A stretch of DNA of 64,000 bases from Rhynchopus sp. YZ270_cl-10 (GCA_964035575.1 OZ037839.1:620001-684000), one strand, 5' to 3'. Shown: positions 20,911-30,811, counted from the first letter of the stretch. Notes: a model not told the origin generated them from the sequence alone. Translations and numbers: made by a program.

Positions 20911-23900
20911 TCACCGCCCCACATCGCGCAGGGTGTTGCGGCCTACCAACCTGTTGTCTAGTCCCTGGACGGGACGAAACGCGATCTCGATGACGTCCCC
21001 CGCTACCTTCACGACAGTCACCGGGATGGCTGCGCCGTTGCCTCCCTCCTCGCAGTACTCCATGGAGTCGCCAGCCTCCAGCACTGCGTTCCCGTACGAC
21101 TCCTCGTTCTTCTCGTTCCCCTCCGCCTGCTCTTTTGCGGGGACTTCCGTCCGCATCCTGCGCGGCGGACTCAGCAGCGCCACCGTCTCACCGGACTCAC
21201 TGCGGTCTTCCCGCTTGCCCGCCAGGGTCACGGCAGGTGGCGCCACCGGCACTCTGGGAGCTGGCGAGGTCTCCGCGTCCTCCTCGACAGCCGCACAGTC
21301 TGGCGATGTCTGCACCGGCAGTGCCATGTCGGCGTCGTCCATCCGTGCCTCGGCGTCTGGTGTCGTGGGTGCGGGGGTCCCTGCGCCGGCGTTCTCCCCT
21401 TGCTCCTGCTCACGTTGTGCCTGCACTGCTGCAGCACGTCTCTCCTTCTTTGCCGCCGCTTCTTCCTGTGCTGCCCGTAGTGCCTCCCGTCGTTTCTCAG
21501 CGGCCACAATGTTCCTGCGTTTCTTCTTCTTCTTCGGGGACGCCACCACTACCTCCACATCACCGGCGCCAGCAACGTCCGCAGTCGGCGATGTGTCCCT
21601 GGGCGGTGCTGACCGCGACCGGTTCCGTGCTTCGGCGACTTCTACGACTACCCCCGGCTTTCCACGGATGGTGTCAGCCCTCCTCCTCCTGCGGCGCGGG
21701 CTCAGCTCCTCAACCTCACTGGACCCATTTCCCGCACGTATCCGCTTACCTGCCATCGTTGCGGGCTCCGGTGACATCACGTCCTCGGCATTCCCGTCTG
21801 GGAGTGTGTCCAACAATTCATCCGCCATCTGCATCTCGGGTGTTGTGGGCGCTGCAGTGGGCACTGCGACAGTCGGGGCCGTAGTAGCAGCAGCCTCCCC
21901 CTCGCGCTGCCTGGCGTTCTCAGCAGCAACTGCAGCAGCGGCGGCGGCGGCTTCCTCCTCCTGCTGCCAGAGGATTGCAGCAGCAGCGTCGGCTTCCTCA
22001 CGCTGCTTGAGGACTGCAGCAGCGGCGGCCTTCTCCTCCTCCTCACGCTGCCTCAGGGCTGCAGCAGCAGCGGCCTTCACCTCCTCCTCGCGCTGCTTGA
22101 GGGCTGCGGCAGCGGCGACCTCCTCCTCCTGCCTCAGGGCTGCAGCAGCAGCGGCCTTCACCTCCTCCTCACGCTGCTTGAGGACTGCAGCAGCGGCGGC
22201 CTTCACCTCCTCCTCACGCTGCCTCAGGGCTGCAGCAGCAGCGGCCTTCACCTCCTCCTCGCGCTGCTTGAGGGCTGCAGCAGCGGCGGCCTTCGCCTCC
22301 TCCTCACGCTGCCTCAGGGCTGCAGCAGCGGCGGCCTTCACCTCTTCCTCACGCTGCTTGAGGACTGCAGCAGCAGCGGCCTTCGCCTCCTCCTCACGCT
22401 GCCTCAGGGCTGCAGCGGCGGCGGCCTTCGCCTCCTCCTCCTCCTCCTGCCTCAGGGCTGCAGCAGCAGCGGCCTTCACCTCCTCCTCACGCTGCTTGAG
22501 GACTGCAGCAGCAGCGGCCTTCGCCTCCTCCTCACGCTGCCTCAGGGCTGCAGCGGCGGCGGCCTTCGCCTCCTCCTCCTCCTGCCTCAGGGCTGCAGCA
22601 GCAGCAGCGGCGTCCTCTCTCGCAGCAGCCGTGGCCTCCTTCGGCATGGAACAGAGCTTGCCCACTTGCTCCAGCATGGCCGCCATCCACACCTGCTGCT
22701 CCTTCCGTTGCTCCACCCGTTCTTCCCGCAACTGGGCCGTCAGCGACGCCACCGTCTCCTGCAGCAGGGTCTGGAGGCGCTCGCCCACCAGGCGGTCCAA
22801 CCTCTCCTCCATCCGGCGCTCCAACTCCGCCCACTTCTCGCCTGCGTCCTCAGGTGATGGGGCGGGCGACGTCATTGGGGGTTGACCCTTCGGCGTCCGT
22901 TGCTTCGTTGTTGTTGTTGTTGTTGGTGGAGGTGTCCTTGATGTGGTAGTGGGTGGCTTCGCTGCAGCTGGCGCTGTTGCTGCTTGGCGTGCGTGCGCAG
23001 CCCAGGACACCCAACCGTAGTCGGGCCCAGTGCCACGGTTGTGCTGCGCTGTCGCCGCCGGCGCCGTCCGGGCACCAAATGTCGGACCAGACGCATGTGC
23101 GGTATGTACCTTGGCCTTCTGTTTCGCCCCCGGACCCGGAGCCGTTGCCCTACCCCCGCCCTCCTTATGCCCATCCTTGCGGATCAGCAGCCCCTTCCCG
23201 TTCCCCTCCATGTCCATGGCCCACGTCGGCGGATCCAGCTTCGCTCCCACCACCCAACGCCATCCCTCCAGCCTCCGCAGCGGCGTCACCGTCCACCCTG
23301 CGCCTGCCAGCGACTCCATCACCGCTTCACCGGACGTACCCGACGGGAAACCGGACACCACGTATCGACCTTCGGGCGCCTTTCCCTCCTGCATGAGTGC
23401 CGCATTTGCACGCTCCTGATCCTCCTTCTTCACCCGTATCCCCAGGGACTCGTACCTCGCCGCCACTCCCCATCCCCCCATCCGGGTCGCCAGCCCCTGG
23501 GCCTCTTCTAGCCCCACCCCGTCCACCAACCACACGACAGGCAGATGCTCCGACTGCTCGCGTCTCATCCGGAAGAAGACACCCCCCTTCCCACTCTGCT
23601 TCAGGCAGCGCTCTGCTACGTCCTCCCTTACGTCGGCCACCGAGGAGATCAGCTTACCCTCCTGCCACAATGGTGGGCGGTTGAGGTTGCACCCCACCTC
23701 CGCACGCATCTTCTTCCCCGCTGACACCAGGTCCTGCGCTTGTCCTGCTGTCGGCCTCATCGTCACAAACACCGTCACCAGTTGGACGGCCGCCGACGCC
23801 TTCTTCCCCCCGTTTCCTCTCCCCGGCCTCAGCCTCCCCACCACGTACACGGCCGTGCTCGCCGCCCCGTTCACCTTCCCCCCATTCCCCTGCTTACCCA

Positions 23901-24723
23901 TGGGGCACTGCATCTTCTCCCCACCAGACTTCGGGAAGGACCCGAAACCCACCCACGTCACGCCCGGCGTGCGCGCGATCTTCCCCTCTGCCTCTACCTC
24001 TCTACCCTGCGGCACAAGACAGACCCCCTCCGACTTATCCACCACCTCCCCCCACGGCACAAGCGTCGATCCCACCCACTCCGATTGCAGCAATGTCAGC
24101 GCTGCCGTCGTCTTCTTTTTCCCTCCCCCCTGGGTGAAGCCCCCCTCCGTCCCCGCCTTCGCATCGTTTCGCGGTTGCGGCACGGTGTACGGCTTCTCCG
24201 TCACCTCCAACGCACCCCCCACCATCGCCTTGCGGGCCCGGTCTTCGGCGGCTTCTTCCCCCGTGCTCGTGGGGAGGACGCACAGGTAGTGGCATGCGTC
24301 CACGTACGCCACCGTCACCGCTGCACCGCTGCCCTTCTCCTTCGGGTGCACCTTCAGCACACGCACCTCCCCATCCTTCACCGAGAAGGCATACACCTCC
24401 CGCATCAGCACCTCCGCCAACGCCTTCAGGGTCAGGTGGTCCCCCCAGGACCCCTGCTTCGCCATCGCCGAGCAGTACCTCCGGTAGGCGGACGGTCCTC
24501 CGTCAACGTGCTCACCCCAATTCTCCGCTTCCCGTTCCAACACCCCCACCGCCATCTCCCTCAGCCCCCCGTGCGCCGTGGCGTCTCCGTGCACAGCCAT
24601 CGAGACCGCCTTAAATTGGCAGTCTCCGTTCCCCCCTGCGTCCTTTACCCGCATGTCGAAGCCCCTCAGGTATTTCTGCAGCACCCCCTTTTCCCCCCCT
24701 TGGCCACCTGCCCCTCCGCACAT
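20911..24723 (-). CDS. Retrotransposon ORF1: OTU-family cysteine protease, RRM-like region, Ala/Glu-rich coiled coil
   Basis: GGNGDCQFKAVS...WGDHLTLKALA...AYVDACHY is an OTU catalytic Cys/His pattern; RYVVSGFP is an RNP2-like motif; it also carries (KAAAAAALRQREEE)n. The first element-internal ATG is at 24723. Confidence 0.82.
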   Translation of the reverse strand: MCGGAGGQGGEKGVLQKYLRGFDMRVKDAGGNGDCQFKAVSMAVHGDATAHGGLREMAVGVLEREAENWGEHVDGGPSAYRRYCSAMAKQGSWGDHLTLKALAEVLMREVYAFSVKDGEVRVLKVHPKEKGSGAAVTVAYVDACHYLCVLPTSTGEEAAEDRARKAMVGGALEVTEKPYTVPQPRNDAKAGTEGGFTQGGGKKKTTAALTLLQSEWVGSTLVPWGEVVDKSEGVCLVPQGREVEAEGKIARTPGVTWVGFGSFPKSGGEKMQCPMGKQGNGGKVNGAASTAVYVVGRLRPGRGNGGKKASAAVQLVTVFVTMRPTAGQAQDLVSAGKKMRAEVGCNLNRPPLWQEGKLISSVADVREDVAERCLKQSGKGGVFFRMRREQSEHLPVVWLVDGVGLEEAQGLATRMGGWGVAARYESLGIRVKKEDQERANAALMQEGKAPEGRYVVSGFPSGTSGEAVMESLAGAGWTVTPLRRLEGWRWVVGAKLDPPTWAMDMEGNGKGLLIRKDGHKEGGGRATAPGPGAKQKAKVHTAHASGPTFGARTAPAATAQHNRGTGPDYGWVSWAAHARQAATAPAAAKPPTTTSRTPPPTTTTTTKQRTPKGQPPMTSPAPSPEDAGEKWAELERRMEERLDRLVGERLQTLLQETVASLTAQLREERVEQRKEQQVWMAAMLEQVGKLCSMPKEATAAAREDAAAAAAALRQEEEEAKAAAAAALRQREEEAKAAAAAVLKQREEEVKAAAAAALRQEEEEEAKAAAAAALRQREEEAKAAAAAVLKQREEEVKAAAAAALRQREEEAKAAAAAALKQREEEVKAAAAAALRQREEEVKAAAAAVLKQREEEVKAAAAAALRQEEEVAAAAALKQREEEVKAAAAAALRQREEEEKAAAAAVLKQREEADAAAAILWQQEEEAAAAAAAVAAENARQREGEAAATTAPTVAVPTAAPTTPEMQMADELLDTLPDGNAEDVMSPEPATMAGKRIRAGNGSSEVEELSPRRRRRRADTIRGKPGVVVEVAEARNRSRSAPPRDTSPTADVAGAGDVEVVVASPKKKKKRRNIVAAEKRREALRAAQEEAAAKKERRAAAVQAQREQEQGENAGAGTPAPTTPDAEARMDDADMALPVQTSPDCAAVEEDAETSPAPRVPVAPPAVTLAGKREDRSESGETVALLSPPRRMRTEVPAKEQAEGNEKNEESYGNAVLEAGDSMEYCEEGGNGAAIPVTVVKVAGDVIEIAFRPVQGLDNRLVGRNTLRDVGR
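21950..22610 (-). repeat. ~45-nt coding minisatellite (KAAAAAxLxQREEEx)n in ORF1
   Basis: More than a dozen imperfect 15-aa units seen directly. Confidence 0.9.
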
Positions 24724-24759
24724 CGCGTCGAGGCTGCCCCCCGCCGCCGTCCTTCTTCC

Positions 24760-24844
24760 CCGCGCTTTAGCAGACGCCTCCCCCCATAGAGGAGGGGGGC
24801 GTCTCCCGAGGGTACCCCGTGGAGGCGCGTCGTCTCTCACCCTC
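24760..24844 (-). ncRNA. HDV-like self-cleaving ribozyme at the retrotransposon 5' end
   Basis: Minus strand: P1 GAGGGU/ACCCUC; P2 CG(A)CGC/GCGCG; P3 GCC/GGU; L3 UCCACGG; P1.1 CC/GG; P4 AGACGCC..GGCGUCU; J4/2 GCUAAA. G1 coincides with the TSD boundary. Confidence 0.8.
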
Positions 24845-25056
24845 TTCATCGTTTTCGTCAACACGACTGTGTCTCCAGCACTCAGTTCTGTGATGTCCTC
24901 TCCTTCCTCCTTCCCTCCGAAGCCCATGCGGAAGCTGTCTTCGCACAACCCTGTTGCAGTCGCCACCTTCTGCCGCATCGTCTCCGTTGTGTCGTTCTCA
25001 CCCACCTCAATCACGAATTTGGTGTCATCATCATATCCCTGCACAAACAGTTCCAT
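24845..25056 (-). pseudogene. 5' (UBL) half of the interrupted UBL-LRR gene, in frame with retrotransposon ORF1
   Basis: MELFVQGYDDD...VVLTKTMK runs without a stop into the element sequence RVRDDAPP. Confidence 0.9.
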
Positions 25057-25563
25057 TGTTTCGGGTGAAGTGTTGCTCTGTTTTGGGGTGGTGTTGAGAA
25101 GGAGGAGGGAGGCAAGATACAACAAAATAGCTTTCTTATTTGCCTTTCAAGAGGCAGTGACATTGCAGTTGTGTCAACACGTTTGTCCTGGCGCAAAAGA
25201 AGGCAAGAATGCAGAACAGGATAAGCTCATATCGGCAGACCACAACTCGCTTCGCAAAGAAGAAAAGAAATGAGAATTTGAAACGTCCTGCACACACATC
25301 TTTACCACCATCGTTATCGCGCTGGAACACGTTGTGTTTGAAGATAGGCTGTCTGTCTGTCACAAACGTGCTTTTCATGGAATCAGTGAAAAAAATCATC
25401 CGAGAACCGGATTGTATGCTTACATCAGTCTCATGCAAACCTGCTAAGACTTATCCAGATTTGGAATGTTCTTATGGATCGGATCACCTGCGCCTGCTCT
25501 GCCCCAACCTTCGTGCAGCAGTAGCAGTGTTCGTGGTGACCGAGGCGCTGTCTCATCGGCATA

Positions 25564-26031
25564 TTATGCTTCTGCACACCCTTCCCCTTTTTTTTTCGCC
25601 TTCTCCATCACTGTGTCGTCATACTCATCAGCAACAAACGCAGGGATTGTGTGCCCCGATGCAATCAGAAGCGCGACGGCGTCACGCCTGACTGAAGGGT
25701 GGATCCGATCTGTTGCGGGGCGGGGAAGAAGCTTGAGGACGATGCCGGGTGCTGGGAGGACCACGTCTCGCACGAAGGCCTCATCGTCAAAGAGCTGCGA
25801 TGGGAAGAAACGTACGATGCGTCTCCTCCGTTGGGCAAGCTTCTGCAGCAACACCTTGTCCCGACGCAACGCTGGGCTGAGACAGCGGTACACCTCACGT
25901 GGCGACACATCCTTGCAGTTTGCGATCCGCACTGCGGGGCTCAGTGCAGAAACAGTCATGAGTCCTGTGTGATGCAGCGTTCGCATGGGGTAAAAGCTGC
26001 AGTGTGAAAGGGCTGCCATATACAGCTTCAT
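25564..26031 (-). CDS. 155-aa hypothetical protein (copy 2)
   Basis: Near-identical to 14077-14544. Confidence 0.5.
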   Translation of the reverse strand: MKLYMAALSHCSFYPMRTLHHTGLMTVSALSPAVRIANCKDVSPREVYRCLSPALRRDKVLLQKLAQRRRRIVRFFPSQLFDDEAFVRDVVLPAPGIVLKLLPRPATDRIHPSVRRDAVALLIASGHTIPAFVADEYDDTVMEKAKKKGEGCAEA

Positions 26032-26371
26032 GGAAAGGAAGGTTCACGAAACGAACGTAAGCCTCTCGTGCGTGGTCACGTTGAAAAAGTGAAACAAAAT
26101 GAAATACCCCCCATTCTCTATTTTGCTGTCGTCCTCTCTTTGTTCATCGTATCCATCCTCTTTGAAACCCCAAAAGACCCGAAAAACCCTGGAAACCCCA
26201 TATTGAAAAAACTGCTGTGAGGAAGAACTGAGAGTCTCGTTACAAGGGTGGAGTGAAATGAACCGGTGGCAAGGTGAAGGCCATCCATTTGTGTTGCAAC
26301 CTCCACCACCCGCCCAAACACACCCAATAATCCTAACACCCCAATTCCCACTCCCGCTTTCTTTACTGCCC

Positions 26372-27379
26372 CTAAAAACCAACGTCACCTAGTCTGCTGC
26401 GTACAACGTTGCTACACTTGTCCATTCCGTCTACTTTCGACAACCTTTTGCAGTTGGGAAGAAAATAGTCACCAATCGTGGTGACTGCTTGCAGGCCTGT
26501 GAAGTCCACTTTCGACAACGATGTGCAGTTGCAGAGAAACCCGGCACCAATTGTGGTGACTGCTTGCAGACCGGTGAAGTCCACTTCCGACAACGTTTCG
26601 CAGTTGTAGAGAAAATCATCACCAATCGTGGTGACTGATTGCAGGCCGGTGAAGTCCACTTCCGACAACGATGTGCAGGAGAAGAGAAAAGAATCACCAA
26701 TCGTGGTGACTGCTTGCAGGCCGGTGAAGTCCACTTCCGACAACATTTTGCAGTTGCAGAGAAAATAATCACCAATCGTGGTGACTGATTGCAGGCCGGT
26801 GAAGTCCACTTCCGACAACGTTGTGCAGTCGGAGAGAAACCCGTCACCAATCGTGGTGACTGCTTGCAGGCCGGTGAAGTCCACTTCCGACAACGGTGTG
26901 CAGTTGTAGAGAAACCCGCCACCAATCGTGGTGACGCAGGGTAATGCAGGCAGGTGCAGTGTGATGCCACAGTTGTCATCCACATTGGGTACGCAACTGA
27001 AACCAATGCGCGTTACGTCACAACCTGAGAAGAACTTTTCTGGAATCTCAGTCGCAACTTCTGCCTGAAGAAGCAAGCTGGCCACCTTCGGATCCTCCAC
27101 CTGCTGCAACCTTTCTGCTGTGATGTCTGTCTCACCCAATGCATGAAGAGCTGATATGGCTTCGTACTTCACCGTTTTCGTCAACACGACAGAGTCTCCA
27201 GCACTCAGTTCTGTGATGTCCTCTCCTTCCTCCTTCCCTCCGAAGCCCATGCGGAAGCTGTCTTCGCACAACCCTGTTGCAGTCGCCACCTTCTGCCGCA
27301 TCGTCTCCGTTGTGTCGTTCTCACCCACCTCAATCACGAATTTGTTGTCATCATCATATCCCTGCACACACAGTTCCAT
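26372..27379 (-). CDS. Ubiquitin-like domain + LRR protein (7 LRR units)
   Basis: Intact ATG-initiated ORF with 75-nt repeats encoding LSEVDFTGLQAVTTIGxxFLxxC. Confidence 0.9.
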   Translation of the reverse strand: MELCVQGYDDDNKFVIEVGENDTTETMRQKVATATGLCEDSFRMGFGGKEEGEDITELSAGDSVVLTKTVKYEAISALHALGETDITAERLQQVEDPKVASLLLQAEVATEIPEKFFSGCDVTRIGFSCVPNVDDNCGITLHLPALPCVTTIGGGFLYNCTPLSEVDFTGLQAVTTIGDGFLSDCTTLSEVDFTGLQSVTTIGDYFLCNCKMLSEVDFTGLQAVTTIGDSFLFSCTSLSEVDFTGLQSVTTIGDDFLYNCETLSEVDFTGLQAVTTIGAGFLCNCTSLSKVDFTGLQAVTTIGDYFLPNCKRLSKVDGMDKCSNVVRSRLGDVGF

Positions 27380-28149
27380 TGTTTCGAGTGAAGTGTTGCT
27401 CTGTTGTGGGGTGGTGTTGAGAAGGAGGAGGATCGTTATCGCGCTGGAACACGTTGTGTTTGAAGATAGGCTGTCTGTCTATCACAAACGTGCTTTTCAT
27501 GGAATCAGTTTTTATAGTCCCCTTTGTAAACCACATTGTTTTGTTCTTCCTTTTTGCTTTCAACCTTTTTTATTCATTTACTTTTTTGTTGTTTGGGAGA
27601 CACGCCCTACGTGTCGGTTCTGTGGAAAGACCAGCACGGAACCACCTGCGTGCTCCCTTTTCATGTCGATCCATGAAAACTGTATCACAAGTGATACCGG
27701 AAAAAAAGTTTGTAAATTGCGGAAGACGCAAAACAAACTCGCGAACGAAAAAAGGGTTTTTTCTGCGAAGTGGTGGTAATGGGGAGAATAAAACATTACT
27801 TTTCTTTCCTTACTTCAAAAACTCTCTCTTTTTTAAGTTCTAATTATTTGGTTTTGGTTGAGACACATCTATGGTGTCGGTTCTGTGGAATCACTGAACC
27901 ACCCATATCCTGTATCATATCGTTGATTATTCTTTCCCTGCGTTGACTGCAGGAAAGTTCGCGAGCTATCGCGACCAGGAAATGGGACTTTTAAAGCAGC
28001 AATAAAGACAATATAACACTAGGTCAATAGTAGTTCAAAGTTATCCGAGGGAGAGAAGCATCCCCACGAAGAAAAAGCAAACATGAGAATAACATCTGCA
28101 TAGGTAGCACATCCGAGGTTGCGTGTCTGCACACTACCAACAACAGCCT

Positions 28150-29545
28150 CTCGCAGTCGACCCGAGTCGCACTGCTCCCATGGATCATTAATATGAAACA
28201 TAACACACGAGTTAAAAGAGACACGCAGGGGTTACATAGGTAAAAATTGGATGATAAGGTGAGTCAACCCGAGCCACACTGCTCCCGTTACACCTTTATT
28301 AGAGAAAAAACAGACCCATGCGACAAGGAGAAGAAAAACAGAAGAATTGCTTGACATACAGCTCACCACAGGTTGCCTGTCAGGACCGACCTGCAAAATT
28401 TCGCACAACCTAAGTGACATAACACATGAGTGCATAAAAACAGGAAAAGGATACACAACTAAAAACATGGCGATAAGACGTAAAACCATGCGCATGGTCC
28501 AAACAAAGATTGCGTGTCGGCTGCGTCCGCACACTATCAACGATTCTCTCGCAGTCGAACCGAGTCGCCCTGCTCCCGATGACACATTGGTTACATACCA
28601 CACAAATTAAAAGAAATCACAGGGGTTACATAGGTAAAAGATAAGATGATAAAATGCGTCGACCCGAGCCACATTGCTCCCGTTGCAGCTTTTTTAGTGA
28701 GAAAATAAACCCATGCAACAAAGAGAATACGAAAAACAGAAAAATGCTTGACATACAGCTAAAGTATGCCACCCTAGGTTGCTTGTCAGATAGTAAATCC
28801 TAACCTGCTAATTCCCGCAACCTATTGTAGTCGTACCCGTGACGCACTACACCCCCTTTGGCTTTTAAGGAGGCAGGTACACATCGGCGAGAATGGAGTG
28901 TAAAGCCCGAAGCCCACTGCCATTATCCTCTCGCGTAGTCGAACCCCAGTCGCACTACTACCGATGTGGCACATCAAGAGTTGCGTGTCGGATCGCTCCT
29001 GCACACTGCCCAACTCCCGTAGTCGACCCGAGTCGCACTACTACCACGATGTGACTTCACACACACACAAGCTGACTAATTGAATTTTTGACCCCACTCT
29101 GTGAGTCTTGCTTGAATTGGAAAAAAAAAATGAGGGGAAACAAAGAAAAACGTACCGTACACTCTCTGTTGAATCTAAAACAGGGGAGGGTAAAGAAAGC
29201 GCGAAAGGTAAATTGGGGAAGAGGTTGAAAAGTTGGAACGCTTCCTCGCCCCAGATCACACAATGAACATTAAACACAACAAAAAATGACAGTACTCGTT
29301 TCCGAGCACACACACTATTACAGTCACTCGACCCGAAAGAGCCCAATCTTTGGTTTGTATATATCCGTACCACCGTACACGTACCGCTTCGTATGTTTGT
29401 ACCCTCCAGAGCAAAGAATGCAACAAGAAAAACAAAAATATGCACAACATCGGCGAGAATGGAGTGTCGAGCACGAGGCTCACTGCCATCATGACCTCGC
29501 GTAGTCGAACCAGTCGCACTACTACCACGATGTGACTTCACACAC
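28150..29545. repeat. Dispersed array of about 8 degenerate hairpin motifs (g(c/t)agtcgacccgagtcgcact(g/a)c) with nested local duplications
   Basis: Copies near 28153, 28261, 28551, 28657, 28827, 28935, 29019 and 29501. Confidence 0.75.
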
Positions 29546-30002
29546 AACAAAATGAAAACGCTATTTGAACAAGAACAACAACAAGCTTCAAGGGTGGGAT
29601 GGTGGGATTTTTAAAAAAAGATGAAAAGCAGAGAGTTAAAAAAGGAGAAAGAACAGCAAAAAACGTTGTGTGAAAAAGTTTTTTCCTGTCAAGTGTTTTT
29701 GTGCGTTAGCGGAGAAGAAAACAGTTTTCGATAAAAGACTCCTGCGTCGGTTTTCTCTTTCACAGAAAAAACCTCCACTCTCATTTCGCAAGCTTCATTT
29801 CCGTTTTGGTTTTCTCCTCACAGAAAGAAATCATCCGATAACCGGATTGTATGCTTACATCAGTCTCATGCAAACCTGCTAAGACTTATCCAGATTTTTG
29901 TGGAATGTTCTTATGGATCGGATCACCTGCGCCTGCTCTGCCCCAACCTTCGTGCAGCAGTAGCAGTGTTCGTGGTGACCGAGGCGCTGTCTCATCGGCA
30001 TA

Positions 30003-30470
30003 TTATGCTTCTGCACACCCTTCCCCTTTTTTTTTCGCCTTCTCCATCACTGTGTCGTCATACTCATCAGCAACAAACGCAGGGATTGTGTGCCCCGATG
30101 CAATCAGAAGCGCGACGGCGTCACGCCTGACTGAAGGGTGGATCCGATCTGTTGCGGGGCGGAGAAGAAGCTTGAGGACGATGCCGGGTGCTGGGAGGAC
30201 CACGTCTCCCACGAAGGCCTCATCGTCAAAGAGCTGCGATGGGAAGAAACGTACGATGCGTCTCCTCCGTTGGGCAAGCTTCTGCAGCAACACCTTGTCC
30301 CGACGCAACGCTGGGCTGAGACAGCGGTACACCTCACGTGGCGACACATCCTTGCAGTCTGCGATCCGCACTGCGGGGCTCAGTGCAGACACAGTAATGA
30401 GTCCTGTGTGATGCAGCGTCCGCATGGGGTAAAAGCTGCAGTGTGAAAGGGCTCCCATATACAGCTTCAT
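30003..30470 (-). CDS. 155-aa hypothetical protein (copy 3)
   Basis: Near-identical to the other two copies, with the frame preserved. Confidence 0.5.
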   Translation of the reverse strand: MKLYMGALSHCSFYPMRTLHHTGLITVSALSPAVRIADCKDVSPREVYRCLSPALRRDKVLLQKLAQRRRRIVRFFPSQLFDDEAFVGDVVLPAPGIVLKLLLRPATDRIHPSVRRDAVALLIASGHTIPAFVADEYDDTVMEKAKKKGEGCAEA

Positions 30471-30811
30471 GGAAAGAAGTTCACGAAACGAATGTAAGCC
30501 TCTCGTGCGTGGTCACGTTGAAAAAGTGAAACAAAATGAAATACCCCCCATTCTCTATTTTGCTGTCGTCCTGCTCTTTGTTCATCGTATCCATCCTCTT
30601 TGAAACCCCAAAAGACCCGAAAAAACATCGAAAACCCGCGTATTGAAAAAACTGCTGTGAGGAAGAACTGAGAGTCTCATTACAAGGGTGGAGTGAAATG
30701 AATCGGTGGCAAGGTGAAGGCCATCCATTTGTGTTGCAACCTCCACCACCCGCCCAAACACACACAATAATCCCAACACCCCAATTCCCACTCCCGCTTT
30801 CTTTACTGCCC

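Larger units (their letters stand above)
15836..24844 (-). mobile_element. Full-length APE-type non-LTR retrotransposon (~9.0 kb) with 5' HDV-like ribozyme, OTU-ORF1 and 2A-APE-RT
   Basis: Bounded by the TSD, GC-rich relative to its flanks, and encodes APE and RT motifs. No LTRs and no poly(A) tail. Confidence 0.95.

Noticed and set aside
20882..25273. Long plus-strand ORFs (667 aa, 349 aa, etc.)
   Set aside because: They are antisense shadows of the GC-rich repetitive ORF1 with no recognisable domains.
28150..29545. CRISPR-like repeat-spacer array
   Set aside because: The repeats are degenerate, the spacing is irregular, the spacers are themselves duplicated, and there are no cas genes in this eukaryotic context.
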